Positions 27,101 through 39,100 of a stretch of 64,000 nt of DNA are shown one piece after another. The notes below the pieces were generated by a model. The model was not told the origin of the DNA. It made no database searches and saw only the letters and a list, made by a program, of their open reading frames with translations. The translations under genes and the position numbers were made by a program. Every line of letters starts with the position of its first letter. Within the stretch, counting starts at the first letter, position 1. Source of the DNA: Tubiluchus corallicola (Eukaryota; Animalia; Priapulida); assembly GCA_030141605.1 (NCBI GenBank), contig JAQGDQ010000004.1, positions 558,001 through 622,000 of the forward strand, written 5' to 3'.

Positions 27101-30100
27101 AAAGAGTATAATTAAAGTGGTGTTCGTCTTTCCAAAAGGCTGCAATAATAGGAAAAAAATCTGAAAAGAGCAGCAGAAATGTGTTAACTGTTTGTAGTAA
27201 GACATGTTTGCATGCTCTGTTCACTTTTCAACTTCATACATAATTATTTTGGTCTCCAATTTCTGGATCTGTCACTAAATCTCTTAAAAGATGTTATCAA
27301 AGACAATAAGAATGATTTATTTTCATTAATTGGTTTTTCTTTTCTTTCTATTGAATGATTAATGGTGCTTCTTCATAAGACACTGCCTTCTTCTTTAGCT
27401 TGCCTATTGCGTTTAGCTAAAAGTTACGCAATTAAAAAGTGCATGTCTGCGAGCTCTCATTGAAAACAGTACATTACAAAACAATTACACAACTGTTTAA
27501 GCCCATATTATATTTAATTGCATATGTCTGCAAACTCTCATAGACTGCAGTTATATGCAGATTTTTCAATTTCTAGTTGAGTTATGAAAAATTGCAAGTT
27601 TGCGATAGACGCAAATAGGCCTAAGTTTCACGAATAAAAACGTTAATCCAGCAATTTTCAAAATATCAGAGTGGAGTTATTCAGAATAAAACTTGTGCCA
27701 TCAGAAATTTTGCTATTAGTTAGTATTAGCGTATTAGGCATAAACTGCAAATGTTTGTTACTAAGATTACTATCTTACAAGTTTGCCTGAATGCAATACA
27801 TAAACTAGCATTTGCAATAAGTGAATCACCGTGCAGTGCAATGTGTACATAGAAGAATGATATGCTCTGCCAAAGCAATAATTGAGATTAATTTTACTGA
27901 AGAAAAATCATTTCTGAGATAGAGAGAAAAAATCGTAGTGTTATAGACAAAACGTGTTTACCAAATAAACTATCATGGGTACAGCAACCACTCCAATAGA
28001 ACCTACAAGCTGACTGAATCCTAAACCTAAGCCTCGAAGTACAGTAGGGTATAGCTCAGCTGCCATTACATAAATGTCGACAAATGATGTGGATATACCA
28101 AATTTTCCAGTCATAGACAATGTAACAAGCAACCAAAGATGATGGCCACCTATAAACAAAAATCATGCCTTGTTGACTGCCTACTATTTTGCCTCATCTT
28201 GGCAATGCGTCCGTATTTAACTGGAATCTAATGAGCAGTGATTTCCAATATAGTGGCAATTTGGTAAATTCTAAAATTTCTTTAAAGAATCTTGTGTTCT
28301 CTTAAAAGGCACACTCAAGACCTATCACAGAAAAGCTGTTTAAATATCTAAATTGCAGATTTTATCTAACTGTTTTGCAAAAAATGCAAAACGCACTATC
28401 AGTCAATTAATTAGACTATTGTACACAACAGCTTTCTGCCATTAGGAACCTTTCATCATGAGGGTATGTATTCAATGTAACACAGGTTAAGAGCTACTTT
28501 TTGTATGTAATGAAATGGAAGAATTGTTTATCCTTACAACTAGACCAAAATGGTCCCGTAGGAACTTTTTAAATTTGCAAAAATGACAAAGGTCAACGAA
28601 TGGGCAAGGACATTGTAGTAGTGTGTTTTACGTAAAAGTATAAAGAACATAATCCGTAGAAAATCTGTGTAATGTGTATAAGCAAGGGTCATCTGAGCAA
28701 TCGTTATATAAGGCTGATGTATAAGGCTTTCAACCTCTAAGCAGGCTCTACTAGAAATGTACAAACTAAATATGATGTGTTTTAATATGAAGTAAAAAAA
28801 ACTAGTTTCGAGCTTTGCTAAAAATAATTTTAATATAAGATTGCTGAGAATAAGAAACACCAACAATTAATATTGAATCCAACACCAAGGCATAAGATAA
28901 AAGCAATGTAATAACCCATCACCTAAAATGAAGCATAACACAAATAAATAAACATAACAAATGCACACCACACGACTTAGAAATAAGGCTACAAAAATAA
29001 AAACAATGTGGTCCAATTTAAGCATAACTTTAGAAAGTCCTATAATTTACAACACTAGCCATTGAAAAAAATCTATATGTATATTTTACTCTTTGAGTAA
29101 TCACTGCATTTTGCCAAGTGTCTTCAATTACCTACATATTTGAATGTCAAGATTATCATTAATGATGGAAAACACTCACAATTAATTAAATTTTGATACC
29201 AAACTCAAAATACAGGAAATGTGAAAAGTTGAAACATTATTGGTTCAAATCTAAGTTCTAAAGTATGGATTTGAACCAGGGACTTTTGGCTTACAAGGCC
29301 GATGCCATAACCACTAGGCCACTATGTTTCCTGGTGACTATGACAGGCAGAATTCATCGCTTACAGCTAGTCAACCTTTTCAGCTTTCCAATGTTACAAT
29401 TAAATTCTAAAGCAAGTTTTATTCGAATTCTTTTCTGAATTATCCAGTTATAGTGTAAATAAAAAAAGCAAATTCATTCTATTCTGTTTTGCAAACACTT
29501 TGACTCTAAAAAAATAAATTTTAGCGACAGAGCTCCAAATCTAAATGACAAAACTACACAACAATCTCAGACGAATAGCGTTATAGAAAAACTCTTTACC
29601 AAGTAAACAACCATGGGCATAGCAATAACTCCAACAGCTCCCATAAGTTCACTCATTCCCATGCCTACCCCCCGTACTACTGTGGGATAAAGTTCAGCAG
29701 ACATAAGATAAATGTCGACAAATGATGTGGACACCCCAAATTTGCCAATCAAGGACAATGTAACAAGAACCCACAGAAAATTTTCACCTATAAAGAAAAA
29801 TGATACTCTAATGATTATAAGAAAAATAACAATTTAATTCGGCCATCAGAAAAGAAAAAAGTTTTAAATTAATTTTACTGAAATAAACTACATGTCGCCT
29901 GAATAATGCAGCAGAAATGAGAAACAAATACACATAATAAAATAGTTCTTAAAAAGTTGAAAACAACCAGAACATCTGACAAATTTGGATAAAACATTAG
30001 CAAAGCATTTGCAATGTGAAAAACTATGTAAAAATTAATAAATATACAGGGGCCTATTTTTTCCTGCAATTTTATGACACAAAGTTTAATAGCTAAAGAA

Positions 30101-33100
30101 AAATGCAGAAAAAGTTGTACTAAACTGCACATGAAATCAATCTAATAAATAACGAATTTAAAGCACAGCTTAATTCAAACAAAATGCCCATTACACTTAA
30201 AGTGTGGCAAAAATAGGTGCAAGGACCCTAGTCTATGATCACAAAAAGAGCAAGTTATACTCCTTGTGAGTATTGCCACTGGTACTGCATTTGCTACTAG
30301 CACATGTAACTTAATGTGATATGGCCACATTTCTGTGGTATTGAATCATATCATGTTTGCACAACTTTACAAACTCTAACTAGTGATCATCAGATCTGTA
30401 ATTTCTCATTTTTATTTTCGTTGCTAGGAAAAGAAATTTACATATGATACAATATCGAGCTCGCCCGAGTTTGCAGTGTTGAAACTATGCAACATACTAC
30501 AACATTAAATTATTACCCATTTTTCGTCATTTAGTGTATGATGTTTAGTCTATTATACAATTACAACTTTCCAAAATGGAAAACATCCACTGGCAAATGC
30601 AGTTATAGATAGCATAAGCGTATGAAAGAAAGATATCTTTACAATATTTTATAATCACATCCCCTGCATTTTTTCTTGTTGAATGGTAAAGTTGAAAAAA
30701 TCAGTATCTAATATGAGTCATCTTAACATGCCGTAAGTATACATGTCGTAAATTTGATAATTAAGTAAAATGCAACATGTGCCACAACCTAAGAATCAGG
30801 AAAACTAACAAAAAACCAAACAGAAAAACAAAAAATTAGACAAAATGAAGAAAATGCTAAATGAGAACCATGCTAAAAACAGGATCAGTTGTTTCTGAAA
30901 TTGTGCACGAAGATATAAGTGTATATCCCTAATATCCAAGTCTTACCAAGTATACTACAAATGGGCTTGCTATCGCACCGGCACTACCACAGAATTCACT
31001 AAATCCTATGCCAAGACCACGGACTACAGTTGGAAAAAGTTCACCCGCAAATAAGTAGATCATTACGTGTGATGTCGATATACCAAATTTGCCAATGATT
31101 GAAAGACTAATGATCCAATTAAGTTGTCCTGGCAATTGACAAACGTATGATGATTTTCAAATGATTTATATTAATTTCATGTGACATACTATGATAATTA
31201 TATAAATTTATTTACAGTAACAAAAAAGGTCAAGTCACTTGGATACATTTTGTTACAGCAATGATTATTATTAGCACTCTTCTTGTATCTTAAGAATAAC
31301 TTTTCTGAATTACTTCAGTTATATATCCTACTTATTGAACATTTGTGAAATCAGCACATGAAAGGTGGAATTTGACAAAAGAATTGAAAGTCAGTTGTAA
31401 TTACAGCATGTCAGTGACTGATAGTTAACGAAAACTAATAAATACACTCACAGGGACTTTTAAGCAGTAAATGGTCAATGCAGTGTAGTGAAAAATGTCA
31501 ATGTTTCAAATATCAACAAGCACAACTCAGTAAAAATTTTGTCCTGTTAATGGTTATCTAACAGTTTGAAACCTCAGCTGATGAAAAAGAAATGAAGATG
31601 TTTGCTAAAATTTGCAGCATTTCATAACTCTTCTTCACAACCAAAAAGAGAAAGCAAAAAATAAACATTGCAGCAAACGTCATGTATTAGTACCTCTTAC
31701 TGAAATTCTTAAATAATCAAATCCTGTTATCACATTTACTTAAACACTAATTATATCAATATCCCTAATATAATCTTTAGTTATATTACAATCCCTGATA
31801 TGTAACTGCATTTCATAAGCTTTCTCTCACACTATAGGTCAGCTCATGCCACCACTTTTTACAGCGGCGTAATGGTAATGCTGAAAACATCACTGGGATA
31901 AGCGACATGTGGTCTAATTTTTTTTACAATAACACAACTGTTCCAAGGAATATAATACATTTCTTAGAATCAATGCTTATTATTATTATCCACAAGCCTA
32001 AGATAAACTCTATCAGCTGTTTGTAGTAAACGAGAGAAATTGTTGGCTAAGGCATTAGTGAAAGAATTTTAATAAATTGACTAGGACTTTAGGAAGAATA
32101 GTGGCGCAAATCAAAATGTGAGAGTTGGAAAAAATTTCTGCCAAGGAGAACGAACCTAGATTTTGTGCTTTTGTGTACCAAAGACAGGAAATATAATTTA
32201 GTTAGTTATACATTAAATGCAGGTGTAACAGAAATATTACTTACTGTTTATATTATACAAAACATTACCACATAAATTCTGCATTATTTACATTATTATA
32301 ATTATGATAGAAGAAAAATAACCTTAACACTAACCAGCAGGAAGAAGCACAGTAACAGTACATGCTACACCTCCAAGTAACATTGATAAACAAAGAGGCC
32401 ACCGTCGTCCCCACCTAATGAAAAATCAACTATTATCAGAAGATAATAATTATTATTATTATTATAATTCTCTATTTAAAATTATACACATGTACAAATA
32501 TTTACACACAGTGACCCTCTATTTGCAGGGTATCAGGAGATAATGTGAATGTAAATAAATATTATGACTATCCTGCACTTTATGCTATGCTCTATCATGC
32601 ATACTAAATATTTAGTCTTATATAATTACAAAATGTTTAATTTTTTTGAATGTTGAATGGCAGCAACAATGATAATCTGAAGTATTCCCCCATACCAGTA
32701 CAAATATAAGCTTACACATAGCTTATACACTAAAACTATTACATATAAAAAACACAATGTCTACAAATAGATGAATTCGGCAATGTCAGTTAACCGATGG
32801 GTTCACCTAGCAATGACCAATCGCGAGCTCCTGTTATCTACTCCTAAATGGGTACACATTCTTCATGTTTTTTATGGTTTATTCAATAGACCCTTTTACA
32901 TTGTAGCCATTGTCAGCGAATAAAAGTTTATGAGACTGGGCCAGGTAACAGTACCAATCACGTGTGCCAATGCACATTTGTTCGACAAGCCTAGGAAAAT
33001 CACTATCGGCGGCACCATGCTAAGCAGTTAGAACAGCGTTGGCAGCAGACTCTATCTATAAACTACTGGGATACATTAAAACAAGTTAGCTTGCATCGCT

Positions 33101-36100
33101 TTAGTTGTATGTAATGATGTAGCGCGGATGTTAGCACTAGTCTTTACAGTACTTTACAAAAACTGAATTTAGGCCCCCAAAGCTGCCTCATGATTTTGAA
33201 TGTACAGCAAAAATTAGCATTTAACAATGTCATAAATGTATCATTTGATCCAAGTATCCTTATCATTTTCTTCACTAGTATTACTAAGCAAAACTGCTTT
33301 TACATAAAAATTTTGCTTATTCCTTGATTCAAAAGCAGTAAATAATTATTTCCCACTTATGCTCTGGCTTCTTTTTCATCACTTTGAAAATACCCACAAC
33401 ATTGGGTAGTTTGCTACCCGCGTCATCTAACATATATTATGCACCTACTCCAGACTATATTGTGAAAAGGTGAGCCAAGACAAAAAAAGATCATAAATTG
33501 CAAGCAGCTGAGGATTTTATACTCTGAAACTTGTGAAGATAACAGGTCTAAGCATCTGATGTAAGTAAACATTTGTACCCCCTAACAGCTTCCAAAACTG
33601 CTTTGTCTCGGATTATTCTGCATGTTTTACACTTTGTTTTACAATATAAGCACAAAGCTTTAATGTTTACTTACCCATTTGCAGAAAAGAGCATTATAAT
33701 TGTAATGTATCAAAGTAATAATTGCATCAATTATAATTATTGATATAATAAGTTTTTCTTTTATCAGTGAATTCAAAATCAGCAAACAATGTTTATTATG
33801 TACCAGCAATATGTTGCCACTAATTCTTGTTATGGTGACAAAATTGACGTCGTGCAGGCGGCGAGGGCTAACATGCTAATATGCAGATTGGTGGCTGCTT
33901 CTATGTCCCACATTTGAAACAATGTGATACTGTGTATGTAACTTGAATGAAGTTGAATGAAAAAAATGCTATCTTGTGTTGGCCAAATGTCAGTTGTGCA
34001 CAGAAATACTATAACATTATGATGCTTTGTTTGGTAATCAACATGTTAGAAAGTACAATTAGTATTATTACAAATAGAACATATAACTTGTAAAAATAAG
34101 TTTTATCAGCAGTTAGTTTTGAAAAAAATTGTACAGCAAAAAACTACATATAGTAACTCATTTAAAGACGCTTCATTTTAACGACGCTGAATATCTGACA
34201 CCCTTTTCGCTTAATACCGCATGTTTTGTTTTAACAATTTTCTTCTTTACTTGAAGCAATTTTTTATTCTAAAACGACTTTTTTGCTTATTTGAAGCATT
34301 AAAACACCATTTATTGCATTATTTTATTCCAAAAAAGCTACTAGTAACGTAAAACTTCAATTTATATTGTCATCCATTGCTAACTGCTAAAGACTGTGTG
34401 TCTATGTCAGGCAAGATCTATTTGCTATCTTATGATAAACTTATGCCTAAGGAACTCTGCCTACAAGCTGTTGCTATAGCAACCAGTACCCAGATAAAGC
34501 TTCTGCATACTTCTCACTATGTAGGTCTAACTGCTGTGGCCTTAAACATTCAAGGATAACTAATGTTCACCAGCAATCTATGTAGGATAAACAGCCAAAT
34601 ATTAGTTTTGCCGAGTCATGGCTTTAAAGAGAACCCGCTAGTTGGGTAAGAACAACAGGTGGTTTTAAAGGAAGCAAAAAGAACTTAAACAATAAGAAAT
34701 ATGCAGAAAACCCATAAAACATTTAGCTTATATGTCAAATAACGAACTAAGTATTTTTTATTCTTGCCCTTGAAATGAATCTCAGTGCTCATATATGGAA
34801 ATAATGGCTTTGTTTAGCATTGCGCTTTACAGGAATGTATTAGCATTGTTAGGCGAGCACTTACTGTATTGCCAGACTTACCTGTCAATTACCACCCACA
34901 GTATGGGATATGATAGCATTTCCACTGCAGAGGAAATGAAGAAATTCAAATAATCAGAGTTGCCTAGAATAGGGATGTATAAGCTTAGTCCTACATACAC
35001 TGACACATTTACGAACCTGTAAAAATAATTATTTCTTGTAAAAAATAATAACTGCCTTGAAAAAAACTGCAGCCATCATAAACCCTGTCAATGGGTTGTG
35101 AATCGAAAAACACACTAACTTTTACATTTCCTTTTCCAGTTTTGGGCATACGCATTTTTCTGACAGTAAGCATTTAGCACTCCACGTTCAATTAGTTACT
35201 GAACTTGCAAAATCTCACTGCCTTGTGTTCACTCACACTGCAGCTGAACTGATAATTCTTTGACTTTCTAACCTTCCCAGAGACTTCAGTTAATTTTGCT
35301 CACCACATATTGTGTTTTAATAAGTTTTCAGTTTTCTTTATTTATTTTATTACTCCTCCCTTTTTACAAAAGCCTTCCGCATTCGTTCTAGTCTCTATGA
35401 AATAACAAGGTAAATTTTAAAATAAAGTAGCAATTATTTTATTCATGGACTAATGTTAAAGTCGGCAAAATCAGACCCATAAAGTCTTATTACATGATAA
35501 TCTGATCACCTAGAAGTCAGCTGACCTTAGTTCAGTTGCTGGTAAATCAAAGAAATCATATACTGCTTAACTATAGAATAACCCTATAGACAGTCCCACA
35601 CACACAAAAAATTTGAAGTTCTAAAACTGCCATAACTTGTACAACATAAAAAGATAATGAGCAAAAACACTATACCAGATGTCCCACATCATTAGAAGTG
35701 ATTCTTGGGTCACTTGTTTCAGATGTAACTTTGTAAACAGATAGTTTTTGTTGTGAAGCCGGTTCAAGTTTTCGTTTATTTAAATTTTTTAGCTAGTTTT
35801 TATATTGTGACGTCACTAGACGCCTATGGTTGCATACAGTGAAATATGGCAATATAAACTACATGACTTACCATATAAAAGATATCAAAATTGTTTTCTT
35901 CCTTAGGTTAGGAGTACGAAACAAATCTATCACTGTATAAGTAATTTGCTCTGATTCAGGAACCAGCTTTTCTTTGTCTTCTTCATCCCGTTTCTAAAAA
36001 CAAATGAAAAAAAGACGTGAAGTAAACTTTTAAATCAGATTTCATTGATGCTTATGCCACTGATGAACTTACATCTCATTTAGCGCAAACTTTATAACAT

Positions 36101-39100
36101 TTTCAGTAATTATTTACTTATCTTTTATTTAATTGGTATAAAGACTATCTGAAATGTTTTAAAAATGTGCATACTAAACCGATTTCCACAATGACATAGA
36201 ATGTATTATTAAGTAAAGTAATAACTACAAAATTATCTTAAAAAGAATTGAAAAATAATAAAGACGAAAAAAAGCCCTCGTTCTAATTTTTGCAATTCTT
36301 CCTTAAATAGGGTAGTGATCATGACTGAGCATTGTTAGTCAGTCATATGCTCAAATTAACATGTGCTCTCTCCCAAAAACCCATAACGATGAGTTAAAAA
36401 AACTAACTGAGCTTAATTAGTTAAAAAGCCGCTAACAAGTAGTTAATCCTCTTGACAAGAAACATAAGTTCAAAAAGCTGCTAATAAGTAGTCGATGATC
36501 TCTAGTAAAAATCTATAACTATGAGTTCAAAAAGTTGCTAATCCGTAGTTGAACATCTGGCAATGATTCTCTGGCAAAAATCCCATAACTATGAGTTCAA
36601 GAAACTGCTGATAAGTTATTTGATACTCTCTAGCAAAAAGCCCATACATATGTGTGCAAAAAGCTGCTAATAAGTAGTCGATGTTCACTTGCAAATAACT
36701 AAGAAACTAAAAAATTGACTTAATTTAATTTAATTAATTAACTAACTTATTAAAAAGCTGTTAATAAATACAGTATGGTTGCAGCTGTACCACTTCTCTG
36801 ATGAAAGTGATTAAGTGGAAATGCACTTTACTAAGAACAGAATACAGACCATGAGTTGCAAGATTAGATTTGTTCCTATGTTCTTCTTGTTTAGCTTGGC
36901 TGCTTTCTGAACTAATTCTTCACACTGGTCAATTTTGTTGTTAGCTAACAACCATCGTGATGATTCTGGCAAAAACCTTCAAAATATTACAAAACTAAAT
37001 TACACAGTTTTAATTCAAAATCCATTCCGGGAAGCTTCCAAAAACAAAAACACCGTACAGTAAAAATTCTAAAATACATACGTACATACTTATGTATGTA
37101 TGCATAGAGTACATGCTATATTTGCATAAATTTCTCAGACGGCAATTTATTTTTTAAAGCAAGCTGTTATGATAAAGATCATGCTAGTACTAACTACAAT
37201 TTTGCCCCTGAGCTTAAATACATATTTAAGCATATAGTACAGGTGGTTCTTCACGCCCAGATGGACATTATGTGTCCTAATTAGCATACTCAACACAATG
37301 GGATGCATTTTTGCCACTTTACTCAAATATAGAGTTGCTGCCAATGTTTCTGATGATGTTTTAATTTATACAGTAAATGCCAGTATAAAAATATAGATAA
37401 AGTTTATTGTCATCAGGTAGTTGTACCTAACAACTGTAGTGAATTCTTCATATGATATAAAATAGAGTTCTTTTTTGAGTGTATGAGGGGTGCAAATTTA
37501 CCAAGCATCATTTTTATGATGGCGCATACTAAGCAACGACATATGTATGACAATGCACTAGCAAGCAATAATACAAAAAGTTTGCTATTTTAATCACTGG
37601 TGTTTATGGCATGCTGGTGATCTTGCCACATGTTTGAATTCCACTTTAACTATTTAAATCTTGTCCAAACTAAAGCTTAAATATTGTCTTCCAATAGTAC
37701 AAATTTCAAAAATCTTGGTAGCACATAAGTTGCAAGACAAAAACTTATTTGCTGCAAAGGTCTTTCACGGAAAAGAAAGAAAAGCAGTTCACTGAGGAAA
37801 AAGTCAAGAAGGCAAATTTTGTGATAATGGCCATAATGTAAAGAGAAATTCAAACTACCCAAGAAAGGATAACACATTTTTAAGTATACAGTAACTGCAA
37901 ATTACATTCTTGTGTTAAGTTTCATCCCCTTTTCTTCAAATTTTTGAAGTCGTAGGACTTTGAAATATGTAATGCAATTTTTTCACTGCGTTTAGATATA
38001 GCCATCATGGTGTGTCAACATCTGAAGAAATTTCGTTATTTGAACTTTTTGAACTAAACTAAAATTTAATGTTTAAAAATTTGAACAATATAGAAAAAAC
38101 AGTCTACTAATAAGCATTAGAAGTTCAAACTATAAGGCAAACTAAAAACAAACTCGCAGCAAAGTGTAGAGCCAGGAAACAACTTTTACTGTTAGTTTTT
38201 CTGCTGTTCACCAACCAGGGTGTAATTTCCAACATTTCATAAGGCAGAAAAATTCTAAAATGAAGACTGGAATAATGATAATGGAATTGTACAACTTAGT
38301 AACACCAACAAAAACACTGAATGTCTTTCACTCTGTATGAATGAAAATGAATGCTTGAACACTTATATATAAATTATGTTAAAGACTAGCAAAAAACAAA
38401 AATTCATATATTAAAGCTTATTTAGTCCAAAGACTTGAAAAAATTACTGCTTTTTTAAATTATGCTTAACAAAAAGTTATTAAGTATTTAATGACATATA
38501 AAGTTTCCAATTTGATTTTCTCATTTTTGCAAACCTCTCATTTCTAAAGTAACTCAAAAAACAGCAACTTACCACCAGTAGATATACATGTACAAAAAAG
38601 GAATGCTCGTTGCTAATGCAAGGTGCCTCCAGTTCCGTACTAAATATGCCACACCTGACAAGATTAAGAGTCCTGTCGTGTATGCACAGCATTGCACCAG
38701 GGTGACAAAGCCTCGTTTGCTGGGCCCAACTAATTCTATAGCTGAAAAGCAGAAAATCTATTTAAACAAATTTGCACGTTAACCCAATCTGTAATCGAAA
38801 TATTTGTCAAAATGATTCAAGTCTGTTGTTAAAAAAGTCTTTTCCAGATAAACAATACGAAGCTGAACATTGGAAGCCTAACATTAACTATAGTTTGTGC
38901 AAACTTCTGAGCTGCAAAATTACTTCATATTATTTGATCATAAATCCATCCTTCATTATTAAAAGTGAGTAAAATTCTCACGCTCTAAACAACTATTAAG
39001 AGACAAACATGCATTTAACCTTCATTGTACAAGGTTCCATAGTTAAGTTTAAAGTTATTCATTTTACTTACTCATTGATTAGCACAATAAATTGTAGTAG

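Noticed and set aside
29267-29323. Functional tRNA-Thr gene
   Set aside because: Acceptor stem cannot pair.
27962-31128. Three separate SLC22 paralogues or pseudogene fragments
   Set aside because: Only this exon is clearly triplicated; flanking exons are single and splice in frame to each copy.
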